Shown here piece after piece: positions 45,334-55,102 of a stretch of 64,000 nucleotides of DNA. A program made the position numbers and the translations under genes. Each line of letters starts with the position of its first letter. The first letter of the stretch is position 1. The notes beneath the pieces are model-generated. The model made no database searches and was not told the origin of the DNA. It saw nothing but the letters and a program-made list of their open reading frames with translations. This DNA comes from Deltaproteobacteria bacterium (GTDB lineage Bacteria; Desulfobacterota; Syntrophia; Syntrophales; JAFGHS01): the NCBI GenBank assembly GCA_016930075.1, contig JAFGHS010000140.1, forward strand, positions 676 to 64,675. Reading direction: 5' to 3'.

Positions 45334-46398
45334 TTATTTATCCCCGCCTTGTTTTCTTGCCTGCTCGCCGAGCAGTTGCTGGAGATTGGCTATCGTTTTG
45401 GAGCTTGACGCCCCTTCTACTGTTTTAACCGCGATATCCTGCACCTTTTGGTAAGCCGCTTCAAGCTGCTGCGACAGGAAGGTCAGACGCTCATTTTGTT
45501 CCTTAACGGTCTTTTCGAGCGATTCGATGCGCGCTTTGAAAACATTACTCTCACCTTCATATTGCTTTTTCAGGAGTTCTTCCCGGGATTTCGCCTCAAG
45601 GGAAATACGTTCCGTCGCTTCTTTAACAGCTTTGCTAACGGCGGCTTCGAGTTCTTTGGGGAAGTTGCTTGTCCGTTTGCGAAGCTCGTCAAATTCTTCC
45701 TCTTTTTCCGCAACGTTCTCCTCCCGGCTTCTCAATTCATTTTCCAGGGTTTCTTTTTTATCTTTCAGTTCTTTTTCCAACTTGGCTTTTTCATAAGCAA
45801 ACCGGTCTGCAGCGAGCTGCTGTTCCCTCTTGAAGGTATAGTCGAATTCATCCTTGATGCGGGTTTGCCTCTTTTTTTCAGATTCGTCACGTTCCTTGAT
45901 GGCGGCCTCGTAGTCTTCCTTTTCCTTTTCCCATTGATCACGGGTCGATTCTATCTCTTTTGCCAATGCGGCTTTTTTCTCTTCCATGTCGGCGGTAAAT
46001 TCCTGGCGCTTCTGATTCTGCGCCTCGATGAGGGCCGCCAGGGCAACAGCCGACTTTTCGATTTCGTACAGCTCCTGGATTTCTCTATCCTTTGCGGAGA
46101 TTGCCTGTTGTATGGTCTCCAGGCGGATGACTTCCGCTTCAATTTTAGCCGATATGCCGCTCAAAGCGTTGCCGATCTCGATTTTCAAATCGCCGATCTG
46201 TCGGACGACACCGTCGGCGGTAACGGATTCGGCTGTTTTGACGGCTTCTTTTGCCTTCTTTTCTTCCAATTTCTTCTCCGGCCGCAATTCGGCTTCGCGC
46301 TTTTCCTGCAGTTGCTTCACAAGGGCGCCGTATGCCTCCAGCATTTCCTGTTTCGTGCTGCTCATCGACAATTTTTTCGCGTCTTTTTTCTCGTCCAT
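45334..46398 (-). CDS. E/K-rich coiled-coil protein of unknown function
   Basis: 354-aa uninterrupted ORF, almost entirely heptad-like helical sequence. The antisense ORFs here are compositional artefacts. Confidence 0.6.
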   Translation of the reverse strand: MDEKKDAKKLSMSSTKQEMLEAYGALVKQLQEKREAELRPEKKLEEKKAKEAVKTAESVTADGVVRQIGDLKIEIGNALSGISAKIEAEVIRLETIQQAISAKDREIQELYEIEKSAVALAALIEAQNQKRQEFTADMEEKKAALAKEIESTRDQWEKEKEDYEAAIKERDESEKKRQTRIKDEFDYTFKREQQLAADRFAYEKAKLEKELKDKKETLENELRSREENVAEKEEEFDELRKRTSNFPKELEAAVSKAVKEATERISLEAKSREELLKKQYEGESNVFKARIESLEKTVKEQNERLTFLSQQLEAAYQKVQDIAVKTVEGASSSKTIANLQQLLGEQARKQGGDK

Positions 46399-46798
46399 TG
46401 CCTTATCCTTTCGCGCATCATTTAAGTCATGAAAAAATGACAGAATGCAAAATGGTGGTCGCTATTCTCCTATCTTGCCCAATATGGTTTCAAGACAAAT
46501 CCGTCGTCATTATAGTCAACGCGCCGTTTATCGCAAGAATAATCTGCTATATTTGCGACGATTATCGGGCAGATTAATTTCTTGAAAATTAAATAGGGCT
46601 GACGTATCTTCTACGTCCATATCGTAAGATTAAAATTATCATGCGTGAATTCCTTCTTGTATTGAGTTAAACGAAAATGAAGTCCCCTGCCGTGTGCATC
46701 GACTGGGACCTCTGCTAAAAATGCATGGCTTGCCGTCTGATTTTGCGTCTGCCTACTGACGCCGCAACGTGGTTTTCAAACATCCATCAGGAGGGTCT

Positions 46799-47656
46799 AT
46801 GAAACGTTTTGTCCTTTTGCTGTCGATTCTCGCCGTTTTTGTTGTCGGTTCTTGCGCGACAGGTCCCCAAAGGTCCGTCGCGCCGCCGGAAAAAGTATCC
46901 ATTACGGCAGATGTGGTTTACGGCCATAAAGAAGGCATGGCTTTGTTCTACGACGTGTTCCGTCCGGTGAATGCCGACGGCGCTGCCGTTTTGTACATGG
47001 TTTCGGGCGGCTGGTTCTCCCGGTGGCTGCCGCCGCAGACGCGCATTGCGGGTTTCACGCCGTTACTGGATAAAGGCATCACCGTCATTGCCGTGCATCA
47101 TGGATCAGCTCCGCGGTTCAAAGTGCCTGAGGCCGTTGCGGATGTGCGCCGTGCCGTGCGGCATGTGCGGCTGAATGCGGCGGCTTTGCGGATCAATCCC
47201 GATCGCCTGGGTGTGTTTGGCGGCAGCGCCGGCGGGCATTTGGCCTTAATGCTCGGTCTCGCTAGCGATGCCGGCAATCCAAGCGCTTCAGACCCTGTCG
47301 AGCGCGTGTCGAACAGCGTTAAAGCCGTGGTTGCGTTCTATCCGCCCGTGGATCTGCGTCGATGGAGCGTATTTAAGGATCGATTTCCCGCCCTTGACTT
47401 CAACCAAAATCTGGCCGCCGATGTTTCTCCCCTCCTGTTTGTGGACAAGGGTGATCCGCCGACGCTCATTGTTCACGGCAGCGCCGATAAACTTGTGCCG
47501 GTAAGACTCGGCCAGTCGATCTACGAAGCCCTGAAGGCGGCAGGCGTGCCGACGAACTTTATCATGATTGACGGCGGGGAACACGGCTTTCCGAAAGCCG
47601 AACATCGTGCGCAAGCCATGAAGGCAGCGGCCGATTGGTTTGCCGAAAAGCTCTGA
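46799..47656 (+). CDS. alpha/beta hydrolase (esterase/lipase-like) lipoprotein
   Basis: Signal peptide plus lipobox (VVGSC|A), nucleophile elbow GGSAGGH, C-terminal HG..D and GGEHGF. Confidence 0.85.
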   Translation: MKRFVLLLSILAVFVVGSCATGPQRSVAPPEKVSITADVVYGHKEGMALFYDVFRPVNADGAAVLYMVSGGWFSRWLPPQTRIAGFTPLLDKGITVIAVHHGSAPRFKVPEAVADVRRAVRHVRLNAAALRINPDRLGVFGGSAGGHLALMLGLASDAGNPSASDPVERVSNSVKAVVAFYPPVDLRRWSVFKDRFPALDFNQNLAADVSPLLFVDKGDPPTLIVHGSADKLVPVRLGQSIYEALKAAGVPTNFIMIDGGEHGFPKAEHRAQAMKAAADWFAEKL

Positions 47657-47745
47657 CGGAATGCAGTTAGGAACGTCCTTGAAATTCCAAGAAGGGACTT
47701 GGATGGTGCGCTAATCGCGAGAAGAAGGAGATCATCATTATTTTC

Positions 47746-48627
47746 TCAGCGACTTTCGGTTTCAATCTCCCAGAAGGCGCGAATCAGCGGTGAATTCATT
47801 TTTCTTTTTTGAACGCAAATGCCGACGGTGTACGGATCGAGCAGCGAATCCAGAGCCAAAATCAAAACACTGTTTTTTAACGGACTTTTTTCAACAACCA
47901 GTTTCGGGACAATCCCGATGCCGCATCCGAGACTGACCATGGACATGATGGCTTCGTTTCCGGACACCTGGGCATAAATATTCGGTTGAATCCGCTGCTT
48001 CTTAAACCACGCATCAATCTTCTTGCGCGCCAAACCCCTTTCGGACAATATCATCGGAATATCCTTCCATATCATATTCTCCTTCAAGGCATGAGAGAAG
48101 GCCCACGGTATTTTCGGCGCAATAAAGACCAGGGATGTTTCCGTCAATATTTTAAAATTCAAGACGCCGGGAATTTTTTCCGGCAGGGCGGACACGGCAA
48201 TATCGGTCTCCCCGTCGAGAACCTTTCGGATGGCGACGGCGGCATCCCCCGTCTGCAGGCGGATATGCACATCCGGATAAGACGACCTGAATGCCGTCAA
48301 AAGGCCGGGCAGGACGCTGAGGCTGGCCGTCACGGAACAGTAAATGCTGATTTCCCCCTTCAAAACGCTTTTATCATCCATGAGTTTATTCATGAGGTTT
48401 TGCCAACCGGCCAGGACGGATCGGGCATAATCCCGGAACAGCAGACCCGCCTCGGTCAGCATAACCTTCCGGTTGTTGCGCTCAAGGAGTTTTTGGCCGA
48501 CCTCATCTTCCATGCGCTGAATCTGCCTGCTTAAGGCCGACGGGCTGATGTTGCAGGCCCGGCTTGTTTTGCCGAAATGCAGGGTTTCCGTCAGGTGCAG
48601 GAAAAGCCTTAAGGCATCATGGTCCAT
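47746..48627 (-). CDS. LysR-family transcriptional regulator
   Basis: 293 aa: N-terminal HTH (FLHLTETLHFGKTSRACNISPSALSRQIQRME) and a LysR substrate-binding domain. Divergent from the leuC-like gene. Confidence 0.9.
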   Translation of the reverse strand: MDHDALRLFLHLTETLHFGKTSRACNISPSALSRQIQRMEDEVGQKLLERNNRKVMLTEAGLLFRDYARSVLAGWQNLMNKLMDDKSVLKGEISIYCSVTASLSVLPGLLTAFRSSYPDVHIRLQTGDAAVAIRKVLDGETDIAVSALPEKIPGVLNFKILTETSLVFIAPKIPWAFSHALKENMIWKDIPMILSERGLARKKIDAWFKKQRIQPNIYAQVSGNEAIMSMVSLGCGIGIVPKLVVEKSPLKNSVLILALDSLLDPYTVGICVQKRKMNSPLIRAFWEIETESR

Positions 48628-48747
48628 CAGGATGTTCCTTTTGTTGATGTTGCATTATTTGCATCATTATAGTGAAAATATATCATTTTACGCAACAGTA
48701 TTTTTTATATATCCTTGTTCTCGCAAAAAAAAAGGAGGTCATTGAGC

Positions 48748-49980
48748 ATGGGCAAAACGATCATAGAAAAAATTCTTAACCATGCCGGCGGCGGAAACGC
48801 GTCGGCCGGCGATATTGTCACCGTCGGGTTATCGTATCTCATGACCAACGATGCGGTGGCAGAGCTGACAATCCAGGCATTCGAAAAACTCGGGAAACCG
48901 CCCTGGAGAAAGGATCGGATCGTCTTTATCTTGGATCACTACATCCCGGCGACGACGGAAAACGCGGCAAGAACCCATAAACTGATGCGGGACTTTGCCG
49001 GAAAACACGGCTTGCCCATCTTCGATCAGCAGGGCGTCTGCCACCAGTTGATGCTGGAGCAGTTCGTCTTGCCCGGCGACGTGGTGATCGGCACCGATTC
49101 GCATACCTGTACCTATGGCGGCATCGGCGCATTTTCAACGGGCGTGGGATCGACCGACGGCGCCGTCGCCATGGCCACGGGCAATATTTGGCTGAAAATT
49201 CCGGAGACCATTCGGATTGAGTTAACGGGCGCCCTCCCGGATCATGTCCACCCGAAGGACGTCATTCTCAAGATTATCAGCGACCTGGGCGCCGACGGGG
49301 CGACATACAAAGTGCTGCAATTCACAGGCAGCGGCGCGGCAGGCATCGGGAACGCCGGACGTTTCACCATGTGCAACATGGCCGTCGAAGCGGGGGCCAA
49401 AGCCGGCATCTTCGAGCCCGACAAAGTTACGGAAGATTTTGTGCGTGACCGTAAGCGGAAGGGCATCTTTTTCCAAAGCGATCCCGACGCCGAGTATTGC
49501 ATGAACATGACCGTGGATCTCGACCGGCTGAGTCCGCAGATTTCCTGTCCCTGGTCGGTCGATCAGGTCGTCCCCGTTGACGAAGCGGCAGGAATCCGCA
49601 TCGATCAGGCCTTCATCGGATCCTGCACAAACGGCAGAATCGAGGATTTGCGGGTGGCGGCCCATACACTCAAAGGAAAAAAGGTCCATCCGCAGGTGCG
49701 GCTTTTGGTTGCGCCGGCGTCGCAAAGCATTTATCGCCAGGCCGCGGCAGAGGGCCTGATTGAAATATTGATCGACGCCGGGGCCGTCATCTGCAATCCG
49801 GGCTGTTCGGCATGCTTCGGCGGACAGGGCATGTTGTGGGACGGCGAAGTCTGCATCGGCACCCACAACCGGAACTTCAGGGGCCGGATGGGCCATAAGG
49901 ATGCCAGGGTCTATCTGGCATCGCCGGAGACCGTAGCGGTTTCCGCTGTTGCCGGTTATATCAAAAATCCGGGACAATAA
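48748..49980 (+). CDS. aconitase-family dehydratase large subunit (LeuC/HacA-type 3-isopropylmalate dehydratase-like)
   Basis: 410 aa from MGKTIIEKIL after AAGGAGG. Motifs GTDSHT, GSCTNGR, CSAC..., NRNFRGR. Confidence 0.9.
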   Translation: MGKTIIEKILNHAGGGNASAGDIVTVGLSYLMTNDAVAELTIQAFEKLGKPPWRKDRIVFILDHYIPATTENAARTHKLMRDFAGKHGLPIFDQQGVCHQLMLEQFVLPGDVVIGTDSHTCTYGGIGAFSTGVGSTDGAVAMATGNIWLKIPETIRIELTGALPDHVHPKDVILKIISDLGADGATYKVLQFTGSGAAGIGNAGRFTMCNMAVEAGAKAGIFEPDKVTEDFVRDRKRKGIFFQSDPDAEYCMNMTVDLDRLSPQISCPWSVDQVVPVDEAAGIRIDQAFIGSCTNGRIEDLRVAAHTLKGKKVHPQVRLLVAPASQSIYRQAAAEGLIEILIDAGAVICNPGCSACFGGQGMLWDGEVCIGTHNRNFRGRMGHKDARVYLASPETVAVSAVAGYIKNPGQ

Positions 49981-50004
49981 ATAAGGGAAGACAGGAGCAA
50001 AACC

Positions 50005-50499
50005 ATGTTGACGATAAAAGGAAGCGTATGGAAATTCGGCGACGGCATAGACACGGATATCATCATACCCGCACGGTATCTGATCCAGCCGATGGAAGAT
50101 ATGAAGTGGAAGGCCATGGAGCCGATCCGCCCCGAATTTGCCTCTCTGGTCAAAGAGGGCGACGTGATCGTGGGCGGCCTTAATTTCGGCTGCGGTTCGA
50201 GCCGGGAGCAGGCCCCCGCCGTGCTTGCCGCATTGGGCATCCGTGCCATCGTGGCGGTCAGCTTTGCCAGAATCTTTTTTCGCAATGCCGTCAATCTCGG
50301 CATTCCCGTTATCGAATGCCGGGATGTTTACGAACAGGCCAACGAGGGCGACACCGTGGAAATGCACCCTTCTTCCGGTAAAATACGCCTGGAAGAAAAA
50401 GGAATGGAATTCACCGGCTCCAGACTTCCGGATTTCCTTTTGGCGATTATCGAAAGAGGAGGTCTCATTCCCCGTGTCGCCAAAGATGGGGGAAAATAG
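50005..50499 (+). CDS. aconitase-family dehydratase small subunit (LeuD/HacB-type)
   Basis: 164 aa with DTDIIIPARYL and GCGSSREQAP motifs. Confidence 0.9.
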   Translation: MLTIKGSVWKFGDGIDTDIIIPARYLIQPMEDMKWKAMEPIRPEFASLVKEGDVIVGGLNFGCGSSREQAPAVLAALGIRAIVAVSFARIFFRNAVNLGIPVIECRDVYEQANEGDTVEMHPSSGKIRLEEKGMEFTGSRLPDFLLAIIERGGLIPRVAKDGGK

Positions 50500-50598
50500 A
50501 CGGAGAGGCGCGACGTTCATAGGAATTACCCATGTTTCTTGGGGCGCCACGAGGTATGAAAACCAACCTCCCCCTGCACCCCCTCCAGCGGGGGACAA

Positions 50599-50671
50599 CG
50601 TCATTCCGACGAAGTCCGAAATACAGGCATTTTATTAAACTGGATCCAGGATCGGGGTCCGGGATGACAGG
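50599..50671. repeat. degenerate inward-facing pair of the 29-nt hairpin unit
   Basis: CGTCATTCCGACGAAGTCCGAAATACAGG (50599-50627) and CTGGATCCAGGATCGGGGTCCGGGATGACAGG (50640-50671). Confidence 0.4.
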
Positions 50672-50727
50672 AACTAATTTCGTAATAATGAACACATGAA
50701 TGCTTTTGGAAAAGGAGGAACCGTATC

Positions 50728-51450
50728 ATGACGACAAATGAACAAACAAAAAAATGGTTCGGCGATTGGGCCAATGAATATGACAGCACCCTGGGCAAGG
50801 TGAGGCGGCACCATAAATTGCTGGATCTGGTCGTCGCCCGGTCGAAAGTCCGCAAAAACGACCAGGTTCTCGACATCGGCTGCGGCACGGGATTGATGAC
50901 CCTGAAATTTCTCAGGAAGGCTGATTGCCAGGTTACCGGCGTGGACAATTCGGATGCCATGCTTGCCATTTTCAAAAAGAAGATTACGGAATTGGGATTA
51001 CAGGATAAAACCGCCTGCAAGGCGGGAGATGCAGCAGACCTTGAATTCGAAGAAGACACATTCGACATCTGCGCATCAACCGTGACGCTTCACCATCTTA
51101 AGAACAAACTGCCCGCGTTGAAAAAAATCCACAGCATTTTGAAGCCCGGCGGCAGGCTGGTCATTGGAGATATCGATGTGGATACAACGGGGAGGCTGAC
51201 GGACCCAAAACGCATGTTGAGAATATTGGATTTTCTAAGGCAGGAATATGCCCTGGCCCTCAAAGAGGGAGGCATCCCCGCCTTCAGCCGGATGTACGAC
51301 AACGGGAAAAAACATATCTTAAATGACGGTGAATATTGCATCAGTTTTCCCCAATGGGAAGACCTCTGCAGAAAAGCCCGGTTCAAAAACATTGCAACCC
51401 GGCCGCTCCCCGGTTTTGAATGGTTTAAGGTACTGGACGCCGTGAAATAA
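50728..51450 (+). CDS. class I SAM-dependent methyltransferase
   Basis: 240 aa with motif I VLDIGCGTGLMT and post-I/II motifs. RBS AAGGAGG. Confidence 0.85.
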   Translation: MTTNEQTKKWFGDWANEYDSTLGKVRRHHKLLDLVVARSKVRKNDQVLDIGCGTGLMTLKFLRKADCQVTGVDNSDAMLAIFKKKITELGLQDKTACKAGDAADLEFEEDTFDICASTVTLHHLKNKLPALKKIHSILKPGGRLVIGDIDVDTTGRLTDPKRMLRILDFLRQEYALALKEGGIPAFSRMYDNGKKHILNDGEYCISFPQWEDLCRKARFKNIATRPLPGFEWFKVLDAVK

Positions 51451-51630
51451 TACGATATATTCCTGTCCGGCTTTTGGTCAGATCGGCCCACTGTTTGGCA
51501 TCGTCGGGTAAAAAAGGGCTGTCGATATAAACCAGTCCTCGTGAAGTGGCAATGCAGCTTACGTTGGCCCCTAAATACTCCGTTTCATCCGGTATCCTTG
51601 ACTTAATGGTCTGTATTGTTCTTCCCTTTG
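51449..51630 (-). pseudogene. 5' fragment of an MBL-fold hydrolase gene (paralogue of 32146-32970)
   Basis: Frame reads ...IKSRIPDETEYLGANVSCIATSRGLVYIDSPFLPDDAKQWADLTKSRTGIY..., parallel to ...VETGYRGCNPGFVVTSEGVVMIDTPQLFGDAVAYRKEVERHGKIIY of the intact gene. No start codon; similarity stops at the methyltransferase stop codon. Confidence 0.35.
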
Positions 51631-51636
51631 AGATAA

Positions 51637-52032
51637 TTAAATGGAGATTAATATAATCTTGACGCCCTTTTTCTTATATACAGCCATATGCGCGTCCGTC
51701 GTGTAAATGCTGTCTGCATTATGTTTAACGAAGGCGGCCAGAATTTGAGCATCAACTGCGGGGATGCCCAAACCGTAGGACAATTTGACAGCCGTTTCAA
51801 GACTGTTAAGATTGTCAATCCAGACAACGCGGCAAATCGCCATGATGGCCTCAACTAATGTGTTCGTATCATTTCTGCTGATCGTTCCTTTCAGGCCGAG
51901 TTTTTTCAATTCAAATATAGACATACACGAAACAACGGCGTCATTGCCGTCTAAAATATCCTGCCATACCTTGATGAGGTCGGGATTGCCTCTGAGAAGT
52001 TCTACAAAAAAGCCCGTATCAAGACCGATCAT
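51637..52032 (-). CDS. vapC: PIN-domain toxin VapC
   Basis: 131 aa; MIGLDTGFFV... N-terminal acidic residue, and later D/E residues typical of PIN. Overlaps the upstream antitoxin gene. Confidence 0.85.
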   Translation of the reverse strand: MIGLDTGFFVELLRGNPDLIKVWQDILDGNDAVVSCMSIFELKKLGLKGTISRNDTNTLVEAIMAICRVVWIDNLNSLETAVKLSYGLGIPAVDAQILAAFVKHNADSIYTTDAHMAVYKKKGVKIILISI

Positions 52033-52255
52033 CAGTACTCATTCTCCCGGATTCGATTTCCTTATGTACGTCGTCTGAAATTTTTATTTTGCCGGCCATT
52101 TCCAACACTTTCGTGCCGAGATATCTCTTGCGTTTTTCTGATATGTAATGCTGAACCGCATCCGCTACAACGGAAGAGACCGACTTATGCTCGTTATCCG
52201 CAAAAACCTTAATCTCATTGGCAATGTTATCGGGTATGTGTGTTGTAATCCTCAT
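52019..52255 (-). CDS. vapB: RHH/CopG-like antitoxin VapB
   Basis: 78 aa; MRITTHIPDNIANEIKVFADNEHKSVSSVVADAVQHYI is a ribbon-helix-helix pattern. 14-nt overlap with vapC. Confidence 0.75.
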   Translation of the reverse strand: MRITTHIPDNIANEIKVFADNEHKSVSSVVADAVQHYISEKRKRYLGTKVLEMAGKIKISDDVHKEIESGRMSTDDRS

Positions 52256-52393
52256 TAAATCATCCCCTCACTTAAAGTTATTATGCGCTTACATTATGAG
52301 CTTAGCGGTGGGATGAAGCAAAGTCAAGTTAAAAAACAATTTTGGAATAAATTCCGAGCAATCCTTAAGGGCATATAGAGTGTTTGAATTTAT

Positions 52394-52435
52394 GAAAAAA
52401 ATCCGGCCGGCGCACTCACATGCCGACCGGCCGGG
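52394..52435 (-). terminator. intrinsic terminator of alaS
   Basis: On the minus strand, CCGGCCGG (52434-52427) pairs with CCGGCCGG (52410-52403), followed by a T-run (A-run 52394-52401 on the plus strand). Confidence 0.6.
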
Positions 52436-52460
52436 CATTGATTTTCCGTGTTGGTTACTT

Positions 52461-55091
52461 TCAGATCATCTCCGGCAATTTATTCAGAGATGCCGTAAGA
52501 TTTTCCGGTTTTGTACCGCCGGCCTGGGCCATATCGGGGCGGCCGCCGCCGCTTCCCCCCACGATGGGGGCAATGGCCTTGATGATGTTGCCTGCGTGAT
52601 AGCGGTCCGTCAGGTCCTTCGTGACGATGCACAGGAGCATGGCCTTGCCTTCGTTCTTGCTTCCCAGAAGGATGATGCCGGAGCGGATGCGGTCGCGCAT
52701 CTTGTCGCCGAAATCACGAAGGGTCTTGGTGTCCATCCCTTCCACTTCCGTAGCGAGGACACGAACGCCCTTGATCTCCCGGGCCTTATCCATCAGGTCG
52801 GAAGAATCCTTGGCGGCCAGCTTTCCCTTCAGGGCTTCGATCTCCTTCTCCTGGGTCTTCTGGTGGGCGAGCATCTTTTCCATGCGGTCGGTCAGCTCAA
52901 ATACATTGGCCTTAACAAGACTTGCCGCATTTTTCAGTTCCCCTTCCAGCTTACGGACATATTTGACGGCCTCCCGGCCCGTCAGAGCCTCGATGCGCCG
53001 GACGCCTGCCGCAATGGCCGATTCGTGGACGATTTTCAACAGGCCGATGTCGCCCGTCCGGCTGACGTGGGTGCCGCCGCAGAGCTCCATGCTCACATCA
53101 CCCATCTTGACGACGCGCACGACATCGCCGTATTTCTCGTCAAAAACGGCGGTGGCGCCCGTCTTCACGGCTTCGTCAATGGGCATGACCGTCGTGACGA
53201 CAGGGATGTTCCGCTGGATAGTGCGGTTTGCCAGAGTTTCGATCTGCTCCAGTTCTTCATCGGTTATCTTGGAGAAGTGCGTAAAGTCGAAGCGGAGCCG
53301 CTCCGCATTGACGAGGGAACCGGACTGCTTGATGTGGTCACCGAGCACCGCCTTGAGCGCCGCCTGAAGGACATGGGTCCCCGAATGGTTGGCCTCGATG
53401 GCCCTTCGCTCTTCGTCGTCGACCGTGAGTTTGACCGCGTCATCAATCCTGAGCGTTCCCTTGACGAGTTTGCCCACATGGCTGATGATCGTATCGACAG
53501 GGCGCCGCGCGTCCGTCACCTCGAAGCGGAATCCCTCCCCTTCAATAACGCCCGTGTCGCCGACCTGGCCGCCGACCTCCCCGTAAAAAGGCGTTTCCCG
53601 GAGAATGATTTCCGCTTCTTCGCCCTCGCCCAGCATATCGACCGGGACACCTTCCTTCAGGATGGCCGCCACCTGCGACGACGCTTCCGTGACACCCTCA
53701 TAACCGACGAAGGTCGTCTGGACGCCATCGACGGAAAGTTTCTGATAAATTGCCGAGACCGCCTCTTCGCCGCTTCCCTTCCAGGATTCCCGCGCTTTTT
53801 CGCGCTGGGCCTCCATAGCCGCGTCAAATCCCGCCTGATCAATGGTGAAATGGTCCCTGCGGACGATGTCTGCCGTCAGGTCCGTGGGAAAACCATAGGT
53901 GTCATAAAGTTTAAATACAATATCGCCGGGGATGACGGTTTCACCCGATTTTTTCAGCATCTCCACCTCATCGCGGAGGATCTTCAAACCCGTGTCGAGG
54001 GTTTCGATGAAGCGCTGTTCTTCGTTGACGATGACTTTCCGGATGTAGGCGGCCTTGTCCATAAGATCAGGGTAGGCGTCCTTCATTTCGGCGACGACCG
54101 CGCCGGAAACCTCATGAAGGAAAGGTTTATTCATGCCGAGAAGCTTGCCGTGACGGGCCGCTCGCCTGAGAATGCGCCTCAGGACGTAGCCCCGGCCCTC
54201 GTTGCTGGGGAGGACGCCGTCGCCGATGAGAAACGTCACCGACCGGCTGTGGTCGGCAATGACGCGGATGGAGATGTTGTCTTCCTCGTTTTTCCCGTAA
54301 GGTTTGCCGCTGATTTTCTCGATGAAACGGATGATGCCCTGGAAAATGTCGGAATCGTAGTTGCTCGTGACGCCTTGGGCAACGGCGGCGAGGCGCTCCA
54401 GGCCCATGCCTGTATCGATGTTCGGATTGGGCAGGGGATTGAGCTTGCCTGTGGCGTCGCGGTCAAACTGGGTAAAGACGAGGTTCCAGATTTCCAGGTG
54501 GCGGTCGCAGTCGCAGTGGATATCGCACTCCGGCCGGCCGCAGCCTGTGCCCTCCCCCTGATCATAAATAATTTCGGAGCAGGGACCGCAGGGGCCCGTA
54601 TCGCCCATCATCCAGAAGTTGCTCTTTTCTCCCATGCGGACAATGCGTTCCGCCGGGACGCCCATTTTTTTGTTCCAGATGTCGAATGCTTCATCATCGT
54701 CCTGAAAGATCGTGACGAAGAGCTTTTCGACGGGAAGCTTCATTTCAACCGTGAGGAATTCCCAGGCCCAGGCAATGGCTTCCTCCTTGAAATAGTCGCC
54801 GAAGGAAAAGTTCCCCAGCATTTCAAAGAAGGTGTGGTGCCGCGCCGTGACGCCGACGTTTTCCAGGTCGTTGTGCTTGCCCCCCGCGCGGACGCACTTC
54901 TGGGATGAGGCAGCCCGTTTATAGCCCCGGTCCTCCAGTCCCAGAAAGCAGTTTTTGAACTGCACCATTCCCGCGTTGGTGAAAAGCAGGGTCGGGTCGT
55001 CCTTGGGGATGAGACCTGAACTCGCCACACGGGTATGGCCGTTTTTTTCAAAATATTTGAGGAAACTTTCCCTGATTTCGCTGCCTGTCAT
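52461..55091 (-). CDS. alaS: alanine--tRNA ligase
   Basis: 876 aa with class II AlaRS core (FTNAGM, RAGGKHNDLENVG), editing-domain HxxxH/CxxxH motifs and a C-terminal DHHA1 domain. Confidence 0.97.
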   Translation of the reverse strand: MTGSEIRESFLKYFEKNGHTRVASSGLIPKDDPTLLFTNAGMVQFKNCFLGLEDRGYKRAASSQKCVRAGGKHNDLENVGVTARHHTFFEMLGNFSFGDYFKEEAIAWAWEFLTVEMKLPVEKLFVTIFQDDDEAFDIWNKKMGVPAERIVRMGEKSNFWMMGDTGPCGPCSEIIYDQGEGTGCGRPECDIHCDCDRHLEIWNLVFTQFDRDATGKLNPLPNPNIDTGMGLERLAAVAQGVTSNYDSDIFQGIIRFIEKISGKPYGKNEEDNISIRVIADHSRSVTFLIGDGVLPSNEGRGYVLRRILRRAARHGKLLGMNKPFLHEVSGAVVAEMKDAYPDLMDKAAYIRKVIVNEEQRFIETLDTGLKILRDEVEMLKKSGETVIPGDIVFKLYDTYGFPTDLTADIVRRDHFTIDQAGFDAAMEAQREKARESWKGSGEEAVSAIYQKLSVDGVQTTFVGYEGVTEASSQVAAILKEGVPVDMLGEGEEAEIILRETPFYGEVGGQVGDTGVIEGEGFRFEVTDARRPVDTIISHVGKLVKGTLRIDDAVKLTVDDEERRAIEANHSGTHVLQAALKAVLGDHIKQSGSLVNAERLRFDFTHFSKITDEELEQIETLANRTIQRNIPVVTTVMPIDEAVKTGATAVFDEKYGDVVRVVKMGDVSMELCGGTHVSRTGDIGLLKIVHESAIAAGVRRIEALTGREAVKYVRKLEGELKNAASLVKANVFELTDRMEKMLAHQKTQEKEIEALKGKLAAKDSSDLMDKAREIKGVRVLATEVEGMDTKTLRDFGDKMRDRIRSGIILLGSKNEGKAMLLCIVTKDLTDRYHAGNIIKAIAPIVGGSGGGRPDMAQAGGTKPENLTASLNKLPEMI

Positions 55092-55102
55092 AAATCGTTT
55101 TT

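Noticed and set aside
45448-46425. 325-aa and other plus-strand ORFs overlapping the coiled-coil gene
   Set aside because: F/L-rich low-complexity mirror of the E/K-rich coiled-coil coding strand. The minus-strand ORF has the coherent heptad pattern and a plausible start.
49222-50604. 460-aa ORF on the minus strand
   Set aside because: Antisense to the leuC/leuD-like genes and running across their intergenic gap. An artefact.
52380-54908. 842-aa ORF on the plus strand
   Set aside because: It lies entirely antisense to alaS, whose product is unmistakable. The sequence is Arg/Gly/Asp/Ala-rich and low in information, as expected from the complement of GC-rich codons. No RBS and no recognisable motifs.
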